From: an uncultured Acidobacteriaceae bacterium
Lineage (GTDB): Bacteria; Acidobacteriota; Terriglobia; Terriglobales; Acidobacteriaceae
Reading direction: 5' to 3'
DNA length: 60,262 nt
Assembly: GCA_964250195.1 (NCBI GenBank)
Contig: CAXUEU010000003.1
Location: 1-60,262, forward strand
This document shows, in pieces, positions 37,980 through 46,641 of this stretch (the first letter of the stretch is position 1; each line of letters begins with the position of its first letter). The position numbers and the translations under genes are program-made. A model generated the notes under the pieces. That model saw only the letters and a list, made by a program, of their open reading frames with translations. It was not told the DNA's origin and did not search any database.

Positions 37980-38887
37980 CGAAGGAGTCGCTCGCGGCTG
38001 CCGCACTGTCTTGCGCGCTCTTCGCCCTGTGCTCGCTTCTGGCCCTCATGTATCTCACGGGGCAAAAGCGGAGGTTCGCGAGGCGGCTGAACCTGATAGC
38101 CCGGCGCAAGAACACGGAGGGCGAAGCGGTCCTGGGATCGGGCTCGTCCGAGTTTCTGAAAAATTTTTCGAGCTTCCGGCGCAGATGGCGCATCGGCACA
38201 AGCGCCGAGGCCGTCCTCCAAGGCCGTTTGCAGTTCTGCGAGTTTCGTGAAGCCCAAGCCGTGGAAAGTTTTCTGGCGGTCCGAACCCTGGCCCCGGCCG
38301 GCCTCGCCATGCTCGCGTGCCTTCTGCCCGGCCACAAACTTTTCTGGGCAGTCGCGCTCTCGGGATCGGCGTATCTGACGCCCGATTTGCTGCTCCGCAG
38401 GCTGGCCTCTAAAAAGCGCGCGCGGATCGCGGCAGGGCTCGCCGATACGGTCGATCTCCTGCTGATTTGCGTCGACGCCGGCCTCGGCATCGATCAGGCA
38501 TTGACGCGGGTCAGCGTGGAGATCGAAGCAGTCTACCCGGAGGTAAGCGCCGAGCTCGTCATGGTGAGCCTCGAGCAGCGCGCCGGCAAGGCGCGAGCGG
38601 AGGCCTGGCAGGACTTCGGAGAGCGCGTGGCACTGGAGGACGTCAACAATTTCGTCGCGATGCTGCTGCAAACAGAGCAGTTCGGAACTCCGATCGCGAA
38701 GGCTCTACGCGAGTTCGCGGCGGGGATGCGGAACAGGCGAGCCCAGAGAGCCGAGGAGCAGGCGGCGAAGGTCACGGTCAAGATTCTCTTCCCGCTGGCG
38801 CTGTTCATCTTTCCCAGTATCTTCATCGTTCTTCTGGGACCGGCGGCGCTTTCCCTGCTCAAGAACTTCGCCGGAGCCGCGAAGTGA
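37976..38887 (+). CDS. tadC: Tad inner-membrane platform protein TadC
   Basis: CVDAGLGIDQAL, QTEQFGTP, AEEQAAK..KILFPL..FIFP..LGPA. Confidence 0.9.
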   Translation: MTKESLAAAALSCALFALCSLLALMYLTGQKRRFARRLNLIARRKNTEGEAVLGSGSSEFLKNFSSFRRRWRIGTSAEAVLQGRLQFCEFREAQAVESFLAVRTLAPAGLAMLACLLPGHKLFWAVALSGSAYLTPDLLLRRLASKKRARIAAGLADTVDLLLICVDAGLGIDQALTRVSVEIEAVYPEVSAELVMVSLEQRAGKARAEAWQDFGERVALEDVNNFVAMLLQTEQFGTPIAKALREFAAGMRNRRAQRAEEQAAKVTVKILFPLALFIFPSIFIVLLGPAALSLLKNFAGAAK

Positions 38888-38898
38888 CTCGTCCCCGG

Positions 38899-40941
38899 TC
38901 AATGCAGCGCGAGCCTCACTCCGAAGCGCGCGAGCTGCGGCGTGCCGAGTGTGCGGATCGGCGTCCGGCCGACGTCGATGGACCGGTCGAGCAGGTTTTC
39001 GACGGAAGCGAAGACCTGCCAGCGCGGTCCGAAGTCATGCGAGGAGTAGACGTCGAACCGAGTGAAAGGGTGGAGGACGAAGCTGTTCAAGTCGTCATCG
39101 TACTGGCGGCCGCTCACGCGCGCCTGTACGCTCAGCAGACCGTACCGCGCCCGCGAGGCCGTCACCTGCAGCGTTCCCGTATTGCGAGGGACTTGCGGAA
39201 TCCAGCGGCCGGTCAGATCGGGAGCGATAGCGGCGAGGGCACTGTAGCGCGTCACCGTGGCACGGGCGAACTGGTAGCCGCCGGCCATTTGGAGCCAGGG
39301 CACCGGGTGCAGCGCGCCGTCGAGCGATATGCCCCGGCTGCGGATCTGGCCCAGGTTTTCGCGTTGCAGCGTGGTGGCGGTCGCGGTGGTGCTGAGCGTC
39401 AGGGCGGTAATGGGTCGGTTGATCTCGGTCCAGAAGTAACTCGCGCGCCAGCTCGCGCCCCATTTGGCCGGGGTCTCGCCGGAAACCCCGGTTTCCCAGC
39501 CGGTCGCCCGTTCCGAAAGCAGGTTTGCATTGGCCAGAGTCGTCTGCTGCCCGACCTGACCGGTACGGTAAAGCTCGTTCTCCGTTGGTGCTCGATAGGC
39601 CCGGAAGGCGCTTGCGCTGAGAGCGACAGCACGCCCGAGGCGGCGCGAGATCCCGGCGCGCGGGTTCGCGACCGCCTGATCGATGGAGGGCAGCACGGTC
39701 CGCGCGCCGGTGCGCAGCGAGTATCGGGCGGCATCGCGGCTCAGGAACCGGTCGCCGCGAGCCGAAGCGCTCAGCAGCCAGGGGCCCGGCGTCCAGAGCA
39801 CCTCGCCGTAGCCGCCTGCGTCGGTTTGGCGGGCCGTGGTGCTGGTCGGGACGGCCGCGGCCGCCGTCGGCAGTTCGTTGTCGCGCGCCCGAACGTCGCG
39901 CACATCGGAGCCGGCGAGCAGGACCAGCGTCGGCTTGAGAGCATGATGCCAGCGAAGCGCCCCGCCGAGCTCGTTCGCCGGGTCGGACGCGACGCGGGTC
40001 AGCGTTTCCGAGCCGCGCCCCGTCGCGACGGCCGAGAAGTTCTGCCGGAAGCCGATGGTCGAACCCCAGGCGCGGGCCTGCCAGTCGCCCCGGTCCAGGC
40101 CGGCCGCATAGCGCCACAGGCGGGTGCTGTTCGTGGTAATCAGGGTTCCGTTGCGGCGCGATTCGTTCAGGACGTTGCCGCGCAGCCACACGCCGTCGCC
40201 CGAGCCGAGCGCACCAAGCGAGCGCTCGCCGAAGACGAGGGCATTCTCGGCGTGGACGTTCGAGTTGGCATCAACCGGGCCGCGCAGGCTGGGGGCGACC
40301 AGGGTGTATCCATCGGTGCCGACGAGCCCGGCGGAGGCGAGGCCGGCCCAGTGCTTGTGCCCGCCGCGAACGAGTGCTTCGTTGTCGTTGAGGCCCTCGG
40401 CCCCGTAGCCGGACTCCAGAACGAACTCCGGCTTGTCGTTGAGCGGCGTCGGGCTGATCTGCACCACGCCCCCGACCGCGCTGGACCCGTAAAGGTCACT
40501 CACGCCGCCGCGCACCACCTCCACGCGCCCGACAGTCAGCGCAGGCAGTTCAAGCCAGTGAATCCACCCGCCGAAGGGATCGTTGAGCGGAACGTCGCCG
40601 AGCAGGACGAGGGAGCGCGAAGCCGCGGTCGAGCCGAGGCCGCGCAGGGAAACGCCCTCCGTGGTCGGGTTCGCGATCAGCGAGGAAGAACGGCGGAACA
40701 GGTCGAAGCCGGGCACGGTGCGCAGCTTGCCGTCGAGGCCTACCGGAACCGCCTGCCGGAGGTCCTCCGCGGTGAGAACGCGCGTGCTGACCGGGCTTTC
40801 GAGCGCGGAAACGGGCGTGCGAAAGCCCGTGACCTCGATTTGTTCGCTGGCCGGCGGAATCGCCCCGAAACTGGAGAGCTTCTGCGCGGAGGCGGGGATG
40901 AGGGCTGCCGTGCAACAGGCGGCTGCGAGAAAACGCTTCAA
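38899..40941 (-). CDS. TonB-dependent receptor (conventional size)
   Basis: Signal peptide; plug motifs SLRGLG and RVEVVRGGVSDLYGSSAVGGVV; ENLLD. Confidence 0.88.
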   Translation of the reverse strand: MKRFLAAACCTAALIPASAQKLSSFGAIPPASEQIEVTGFRTPVSALESPVSTRVLTAEDLRQAVPVGLDGKLRTVPGFDLFRRSSSLIANPTTEGVSLRGLGSTAASRSLVLLGDVPLNDPFGGWIHWLELPALTVGRVEVVRGGVSDLYGSSAVGGVVQISPTPLNDKPEFVLESGYGAEGLNDNEALVRGGHKHWAGLASAGLVGTDGYTLVAPSLRGPVDANSNVHAENALVFGERSLGALGSGDGVWLRGNVLNESRRNGTLITTNSTRLWRYAAGLDRGDWQARAWGSTIGFRQNFSAVATGRGSETLTRVASDPANELGGALRWHHALKPTLVLLAGSDVRDVRARDNELPTAAAAVPTSTTARQTDAGGYGEVLWTPGPWLLSASARGDRFLSRDAARYSLRTGARTVLPSIDQAVANPRAGISRRLGRAVALSASAFRAYRAPTENELYRTGQVGQQTTLANANLLSERATGWETGVSGETPAKWGASWRASYFWTEINRPITALTLSTTATATTLQRENLGQIRSRGISLDGALHPVPWLQMAGGYQFARATVTRYSALAAIAPDLTGRWIPQVPRNTGTLQVTASRARYGLLSVQARVSGRQYDDDLNSFVLHPFTRFDVYSSHDFGPRWQVFASVENLLDRSIDVGRTPIRTLGTPQLARFGVRLALH

Positions 40942-40968
40942 GGGTGCGGACTCCCGGGCGATCTGGAT

Positions 40969-41505
40969 TTAGAGACGCCGCACCTGCTCGCCTTGCGGCA
41001 ATGCGCGCAGAAGAGCGGCAATCGTTCGTTTGAGTTCGGGATGTTCCACCTCCGGCGCGATCTCGGCCAGTGGCGCGAGAACGAAGCGGCGGCGGTGCAT
41101 CTCCGGGTGGGGAACGGTGAGGTCCGCGTCACTCCATACTACCGGCTCACCCTTTTTGCCGAGCAGGAGTATATCCAAATCCAAAACACGGGGACCCTTG
41201 TCGACAAGCCCGCGCGCGCGCCCGAAGCGGCGCTCGATCACTTGCAGCGAGCGCAAGAGCGAGCGCGGGGCGAGCGCGGTTTCGAGCTGGAGCGCGGCGT
41301 TGGTGAACGCCGGCTGATCCGGCACGGGCCCGACCGGAGCGGTGCGCCACAAACCCGAGGCAGCCGCGACCGTGCCGAGCTCGCCCAAGGCGGCCACCGC
41401 CGTCGGCAGTGTCTGCTCGGGCTCGATGCGTTCCGCGCCCGTAAACCGGGGCAGGTTCGCCCCGAGCCCGAGCCAGGCGGTCCAGATATTTGTGTCCTCG
41501 TGCAT
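40969..41505 (-). CDS. folK: 2-amino-4-hydroxy-6-hydroxymethyldihydropteridine diphosphokinase
   Basis: WLGLGANL, QPAFTNA, GPRVLDLDIL, VPHPEMHRRRFVLAPLAEI. Confidence 0.93.
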   Translation of the reverse strand: MHEDTNIWTAWLGLGANLPRFTGAERIEPEQTLPTAVAALGELGTVAAASGLWRTAPVGPVPDQPAFTNAALQLETALAPRSLLRSLQVIERRFGRARGLVDKGPRVLDLDILLLGKKGEPVVWSDADLTVPHPEMHRRRFVLAPLAEIAPEVEHPELKRTIAALLRALPQGEQVRRL

Positions 41506-41556
41506 TTTCATAGAGTACGGGTCTTTGGAAGCAGGCCGCCCGGTAGCATGAGCGGC

Positions 41557-42468
41557 ATGCGCCGCCTCGCCCTGCTGCTCGCCCTCACGCCCGCCGCCAT
41601 GCTCGCCCAGGCCGCTTTGCAGGCCAGGGTCGCCGCCATCGCCGAGGACGCACGAGGCACCGTTGCCGTCGCCTGCCTCCTGCCCGGAACCGCGCTCAAC
41701 TGCGACCTGCACCCGCACAATCGCCCGCCGATGCAGTCCGTATTCAAGTACCCGCTCGCGCTCACGGTCCTGCACTTGGCCGACACCGGCAAACTGCCCG
41801 GCCGGCACCCCGGCGAGCCGATCGAGCGAGCCCTCGACCGCACGGTCCGCTTCCTGCCCGAGGATCGAATTGCTCATACCTTCAGCCCTCTCGAGGACCG
41901 GTACCCCGACGCCAATGTGGATGTGCCCCTTCGCGAACTCATCCAGCTCGCCGCGGGCCGGAGCGACAATGCCGCCAGCGAGGTACTGCTTCGTCTCGCA
42001 GGCGGCCCTGCCTCGGTACAGGCGTACATTCGCTCCCTCGGTATTTCCGGTTTCCAGTTGCGCGACGGTGAGCAGGCGCTGGCCCGCAAGCCCTATGCCC
42101 AGTACCGGAACTGGATAGAACCGGCCTCCGCCGTCCAATTGCTCGAACGGCTCGTCATCGATCCACCCGTCTCTCCGGCGGCGAATGCTTTCCTGCTCGG
42201 AACGCTCACCGGCTCGGTTACCGGCCCCGGGCGCCTGCGCGCCGGCCTTCCCGCCGGGACTGCCATGGCGCATAAAACCGGCACCTCCGGAACGCGGGCG
42301 GGGGTCGCGGCCGCGACCAACGACATCGGTCTGCTCACCCTGCCGGATGGACGCAAGCTTGCGATTGCCGTTTTCGTTACGGACAGCCGCGCGGATGAGG
42401 CGATCCGGGAGGGTGTGATCGCCCGCATCGGACGCGCCGCGTACGAAGCGGCGCTCTCGACGAAGTGA
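41557..42468 (+). CDS. Class A beta-lactamase (PER/VEB-like MQSVFK motif)
   Basis: Signal peptide; SxxK (SVFK), SDN, omega-loop Glu (DGEQ), KTG. Confidence 0.88.
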   Translation: MRRLALLLALTPAAMLAQAALQARVAAIAEDARGTVAVACLLPGTALNCDLHPHNRPPMQSVFKYPLALTVLHLADTGKLPGRHPGEPIERALDRTVRFLPEDRIAHTFSPLEDRYPDANVDVPLRELIQLAAGRSDNAASEVLLRLAGGPASVQAYIRSLGISGFQLRDGEQALARKPYAQYRNWIEPASAVQLLERLVIDPPVSPAANAFLLGTLTGSVTGPGRLRAGLPAGTAMAHKTGTSGTRAGVAAATNDIGLLTLPDGRKLAIAVFVTDSRADEAIREGVIARIGRAAYEAALSTK

Positions 42469-42469
42469 C

Positions 42470-43579
42470 TCAGGCGGAAGCTCGCTCGGCTTGCTCCTCC
42501 TTGAGGCTCGCCATGTCGATCACGTAGCGGAACCGGACCTCGCCGTCCTCTACGTGCTTGTATGCATCGTTGATCCCCTGAATGGGGATGACCTGGATGT
42601 CGGGGGCGATCCCGTGCTCGGCGCACAGGTCGAGCACTTCCTGCGTGTCGGCGAGCGAGCCGATGAGGGAGCCTGCGACGCCGCGGCGCATGGCGGCCGC
42701 TTTGTTGTTGTTGAAGGGGCCTACCGGCTCGAGCGCGCCGACGATGACCAGCGTTTTGTCGCGTTTCAGCAGCGGGATGTATGGATCGAGGTCGTGCTTC
42801 TCGGGCACGGTCGACAGAAGGAAGTCGAAAGTGCCGGCGAGCTTCCGGAAAGCATCCTTGTCGGAAGCGAGAACGCCGGAGACACCGAGCTTTGCGGCTT
42901 CGCTCAGCTTTTCCTCATCGGTGGTGAACAGCGTGACCTCCGCGCCCATGACCTTCGCGAGCTTGGCGGCCATGTCGCCGAGGCCGCCGAAGCCGATGAT
43001 GCCCACTTTGTCGCCGGCCCCGATGCCCCAGTGCTTCATGGGGGAGTAGGTGGTGACGCCGGCGCAGCAGATAGGCGCGGCGACCTCGGGTTTGAGGCCT
43101 TCGGGAACTTTCAGGACGAACTCCTCGCGGACCACGATAGAGGTGGAGTAGCCGCCGAATGTGTTGTCGCGGCCGTACATATTGGTACCGGTGGGGGCCT
43201 GCTTCGCCGGCGCCATTGGACCGTTGTAGGTGGCCAGCCAGCTGTTGGGGCCTTCGCAGTAGTTTTCCTCGCCCGCCTCGCAGGCCGCACAGGTGCGGCA
43301 GGAGTCGATCATGCAGCCGACCGCGACCAGGTCGCCGACCTTGTGCTTCGTCACCGCCGAACCCGCGGAGGCGACGCGTCCGGCAATCTCGTGGCCGGGC
43401 ATGCAGGGGTACACGGTGTTGCCCCACTCGTTTTTCGCCTGGTGGATGTCCGAGTGGCAGACACCGCAGAAAAGCACATCGATCTCGACCTCGTTCGGTT
43501 TGGGGTCGTCGCGCTCGATGACGAGGGGGCGAAGGCGGCTGAACGAGTGTTTCGCGGCGTAGCCTAGAACTTTCTTCAC
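42470..43579 (-). CDS. Zn-dependent NADP alcohol dehydrogenase (cinnamyl/YahK type)
   Basis: CGVCHSD, PGHE, CRTCAAC, GFGGLG, RYVIDM. Confidence 0.92.
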   Translation of the reverse strand: MKKVLGYAAKHSFSRLRPLVIERDDPKPNEVEIDVLFCGVCHSDIHQAKNEWGNTVYPCMPGHEIAGRVASAGSAVTKHKVGDLVAVGCMIDSCRTCAACEAGEENYCEGPNSWLATYNGPMAPAKQAPTGTNMYGRDNTFGGYSTSIVVREEFVLKVPEGLKPEVAAPICCAGVTTYSPMKHWGIGAGDKVGIIGFGGLGDMAAKLAKVMGAEVTLFTTDEEKLSEAAKLGVSGVLASDKDAFRKLAGTFDFLLSTVPEKHDLDPYIPLLKRDKTLVIVGALEPVGPFNNNKAAAMRRGVAGSLIGSLADTQEVLDLCAEHGIAPDIQVIPIQGINDAYKHVEDGEVRFRYVIDMASLKEEQAERASA

Positions 43580-43609
43580 TGGGGTCGATCTCCTGCCCGG
43601 TGAGATGCC

Positions 43610-44158
43610 TTAGTACTCAATACCGCGCTGGGCAAGGATGCCTTTCTGGTAAGCATGCTTGCGCTCTGCCATCTCGGTGACGGTGTCGGCGATCTCGACC
43701 AAGCGCGGGTGGGCATTGCGGCCGGTGAGCAGGACATGGAGCAGGGGCGGGCGCTTCGCGAGCGCGACGACGACCTCCTCGGGGTCGAGCAGGCCGTAGG
43801 AAACCGTGTAGAGGATTTCGTCGAGGATGAGCATGTCCCACTCGTCGGACTCGATAGCACGCACCGCCTCAGCCCAGCACTCGCGGATCAGGCGGACGTC
43901 CTCGGGGTCGGTTTCCGCGCCGCCGACCTTGATGAAGCCCCGGCCCATGGGGCGGATCTGGAAGTCGTCGCCGAGGGTGGCCGCCGCATCGAGCTCGCCG
44001 TAGTGCCAGGATCCCTTGATGAACTGAAGCATGAGCACGCGCATGCCGTTGCCGGCGGCGCGGAAACCCGTGCCGAGCGCGGCGGTGGTCTTACCCTTGC
44101 CCGCCCCGGTGAAGACCATGACCAAACCCTTGCGCTCGCCTGCATCTATCTGTGCCAT
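43610..44158 (-). CDS. cobO: Cob(I)alamin adenosyltransferase (BtuR/CobO)
   Basis: TGAGKGKTTAALG, QFIKG, ILDEI, LTGR, AQRGIEY. Confidence 0.92.
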   Translation of the reverse strand: MAQIDAGERKGLVMVFTGAGKGKTTAALGTGFRAAGNGMRVLMLQFIKGSWHYGELDAAATLGDDFQIRPMGRGFIKVGGAETDPEDVRLIRECWAEAVRAIESDEWDMLILDEILYTVSYGLLDPEEVVVALAKRPPLLHVLLTGRNAHPRLVEIADTVTEMAERKHAYQKGILAQRGIEY

Positions 44159-44167
44159 GCCTAGAGC

Positions 44168-44611
44168 TTAATGCCCGGCATGGTAGGGATGCCCGGCGAG
44201 AATGGTGCACGCCCGATAAAGCTGCTCGGCGAGAACGAGGCGGGCAAGCTCGTGGGGCAAGGTCATGGGGCCGAGCGACAGCAGCGCGTGCCGGGCGCGC
44301 GCAGCGGGGCTCCAACCGTCCGCCGGACCGACAGCGAAAACGAGCAGCTGCGTGCCCGCTTCCTTGTGGGTCCGGATGCGCGCGGCAACGGCTTCGGAGC
44401 TTTGCTGCTCGCCGCGCGGATCCAGAAGCACGGCTGTTGGCGCGGTCCGCCCGCGCTCTTTTTCCAGGCCGGCGAGGAAGGCTTCTTCGGTGCGGTATGC
44501 GCGTGCCGCGGCGGGCAGGTAGGGGTGGGTACGGGCGAGATATTGCTCGACCAGCGCCTGCATGGGGCCGGTGTGCGGGCGCGCGGCGATGGAGGCGAGC
44601 AGGAGCTTCAT
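44168..44611 (-). CDS. rlmH: 23S rRNA pseudouridine-1915 N3-methyltransferase
   Basis: LDPRG, FAVGPADG, SLGPMTLPHELARLVLAEQLYRA, HPYH. Confidence 0.93.
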   Translation of the reverse strand: MKLLLASIAARPHTGPMQALVEQYLARTHPYLPAAARAYRTEEAFLAGLEKERGRTAPTAVLLDPRGEQQSSEAVAARIRTHKEAGTQLLVFAVGPADGWSPAARARHALLSLGPMTLPHELARLVLAEQLYRACTILAGHPYHAGH

Positions 44612-44625
44612 GGAAAAGGGAGCCT

Positions 44626-44930
44626 CTAACCATCGCCGCGTTCGAGGAGTACATGTCGAGTATCACGCGACCCATGCACCACCGCCACAACCTGAACCCG
44701 TCCGCGCTGAACACGATAGACGATCAGGGAGGAGCAGACCGGCCAGAACGAGAGTTATTGCTTCGTCAGATCTGGGCGGCTATGTCCAACGCCCGGCGTA
44801 CCGGCGAGGAGCTCAAAAGCATCCTGGAGTTTTGCGACCCATCAATCGGCGGCTTGAAGGCTTTCGTTCGCGATATGAAGCCGAATCAGGGCTATGTCGC
44901 GCTTGGCATTACGCGAAGCGTATACATCAT
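44626..44930 (-). pseudogene. ParE/RelE toxin with a frameshift and two nonsense codons
   Basis: MMYTL/SRNAKRDIALIRLHIANESLQAAD*WVAKLQDAFELLAGTPGVGHSRPDLTKQ*LSFWPV..LIVYR..VVAVVHGSRD; ATGA overlap with the antitoxin. Confidence 0.85.
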
Positions 44931-45184
44931 GCGGAAGCCGAGCGGCGCTGCCTCGACATTTCGGCCAGTTCTTCCCGGACCTCTTCCGTTGTGACAAATT
45001 CACCTCGGTCGAGAGACTCGATGCGTTCAGCGAGTTCCCTGTCGAATGCCGCCCGGTCGGCGGCATCGCGCTTTTCAAGCAGGGTGAAAGCATCCGTCAA
45101 GACTTCGTTCATCGACGCATAGTCACCCGAGGCGATCTTCGCCGCCACGAGGGATTCACGTTCGGGGCTTAATGTGATCTGCAT
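44927..45184 (-). CDS. ParD-like ribbon-helix-helix antitoxin
   Basis: MQITLSPE..KIASGDYASMNEVL, upstream of the ParE remnant. Confidence 0.82.
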   Translation of the reverse strand: MQITLSPERESLVAAKIASGDYASMNEVLTDAFTLLEKRDAADRAAFDRELAERIESLDRGEFVTTEEVREELAEMSRQRRSASA

Positions 45185-45260
45185 TTAGGCCGGTCCTCTT
45201 GGTTCCATGCTGCGACCGGCATTTTTAGCTGTCAAGCTGACTCCTTCTACAATCGCAGCC

Positions 45261-45947
45261 ATGCGCATGGCACTGTTCGGGGGCTCGTTCGACCCGCCGC
45301 ATCTGGCACACCTGCGGATCGCGCGGGCGGCGCTGGAGCGGCTCGCGCTGGACCGGGTTCTGTTCGCGCCGACGGGCCGGCAGCCCCTGAAACGGGGTGG
45401 GGCGGCGGGCTTCGAAGACCGTTTGGCGATGGTCGATCTGCTGCTGCGCGGGGAAACTCGGTTTGCCGTCTCCGCGATCGACGCGCCTCGCGAAAGGGCG
45501 CCGAATTACACGGTGGACACGGTCGCGCGGCTCAGGCCTTCGCTGCCGAAGGGTGCGGAACTGTTCTTCCTCGCGGGCGCGGACTCCTTCCTGTCGCTCG
45601 CCCACTGGCGCGATCCGGGGGAGCTGCTGGCGCCGGGGCGGCTGTTCGACGGGTGGATTCTGGCCGCTCGGCCGGGCTTTCCGCTGAGCGAACTGGGGCA
45701 GGCGCTGCCGTGCGGCTTCGCGCTCGGCCCCGAACGGGAAACGCCGGGGCCGGTGGTGCGGTACGCGGTCGAGCCGGGCGGAATGCCCCTCTATGTGCTG
45801 CCCGATCTCGACGACCCGGCGAGCGCGACCGGGATTCGGGCCGCGATCGCGGAGGGCGCTCCGGCTCCCGCGCTGCCTCCGTCAATAGCCGCGTATATTC
45901 GGGAGCAGGGTTTGTACCGAACTCGTCAACCCTCCGTGCTAGGGTAA
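45261..45947 (+). CDS. nadD: Nicotinate-nucleotide adenylyltransferase
   Basis: FGGSFDPPHLAH, YTVDT, GADSF, SATGIR, YIREQGLY. Confidence 0.92.
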   Translation: MRMALFGGSFDPPHLAHLRIARAALERLALDRVLFAPTGRQPLKRGGAAGFEDRLAMVDLLLRGETRFAVSAIDAPRERAPNYTVDTVARLRPSLPKGAELFFLAGADSFLSLAHWRDPGELLAPGRLFDGWILAARPGFPLSELGQALPCGFALGPERETPGPVVRYAVEPGGMPLYVLPDLDDPASATGIRAAIAEGAPAPALPPSIAAYIREQGLYRTRQPSVLG

Positions 45948-45951
45948 ACGT

Positions 45952-46641
45952 GTGCCCGTAACCGAAGAAACACGCGCTATGGTACTCGCCGCCGCCGAGG
46001 TGTGCGAGGACAAAAAAGGAACCGAGATTCGCATCCTGGAACTCGACCCGCTCGACTCCGGCTTCACCGACTTTTTCCTGATCGCTTCGGCCACCAACAC
46101 GCGGCAGACCGGCGCGATCGCCGACGAGATCGAGATGCGGATGAAGCGCGAGTTCGGCCAGTACGCGCGGTCGGTCGAGGGGCGGCGCACGGGTGAGTGG
46201 ATCCTGCTGGACTACACGGATTTCGTGGTCCACATCTTCACCGAGCAGACGCGGGAGTTCTACGACATCGAGCGGCTGCGCAAGTCGGCCCGCAGCGTGG
46301 ACGCGCACGAGCTGGCCTCGGAGCTGAACCGCAAGACCGCCGCCGCCAGGAAAAAAGCTCCGTCGAAAAAAGCATTGCCGCCGCCGGACGAAGATCGCGA
46401 AAACTCCGGGAATCCGTCGACCGAGATCGTGATCCTGGCCGACGACGCGGCCCGTAAGACCCCGAAGAAGGCGGCGAAAAAAGCGGCACCCAAGAAAGCC
46501 GCCAAGAAAACGGCACCCAAGAAAGCGGCGAAGAAGGCCGCCAGGAAAGCCCCGGCCAAGCTCAAGCGTCCGGACAGAGAAGCCGTGGTCGAGGACCTGT
46601 CCCCGCGCGCGCTGCCCGCCTCCACGGACGATAACTCATAA
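45952..46641 (+). CDS. rsfS: Ribosome silencing factor with Lys/Ala-rich C-terminal extension
   Basis: DKKG, TDFFLIAS, WILLDYTDFVVHIF, REFYDIERL; nadD-rsfS order. Confidence 0.92.
   Translation: MPVTEETRAMVLAAAEVCEDKKGTEIRILELDPLDSGFTDFFLIASATNTRQTGAIADEIEMRMKREFGQYARSVEGRRTGEWILLDYTDFVVHIFTEQTREFYDIERLRKSARSVDAHELASELNRKTAAARKKAPSKKALPPPDEDRENSGNPSTEIVILADDAARKTPKKAAKKAAPKKAAKKTAPKKAAKKAARKAPAKLKRPDREAVVEDLSPRALPASTDDNS

Noticed and set aside
38467-42468. 1333-aa ORF ending in a beta-lactamase domain
   Set aside because: The upstream part is antisense shadow of the TonB receptor and folK; the real gene starts near 41557 with a signal peptide
38880-42471. 11-bp direct repeat CGAAGTGACTC at the tadC and beta-lactamase stops
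   Set aside because: Short, includes stop codons, encloses housekeeping folK, and no recombinase is present; compatible with chance
38899-44158. Cobalamin uptake locus (receptor as BtuB plus cobO)
   Set aside because: No space or motif for a B12 riboswitch, and the genes are separated by unrelated functions; substrate unassigned
6036-44844. Stop-codon reassignment to explain the internal stops
   Set aside because: Internal stops are a mix of TAA, TAG and TGA, and all three terminate intact genes normally
46455-46560. AAGAAGGCG/AAGAAAGCC repeats as a CRISPR or other DNA repeat array
   Set aside because: They encode the KKAA tail of RsfS and have no spacers
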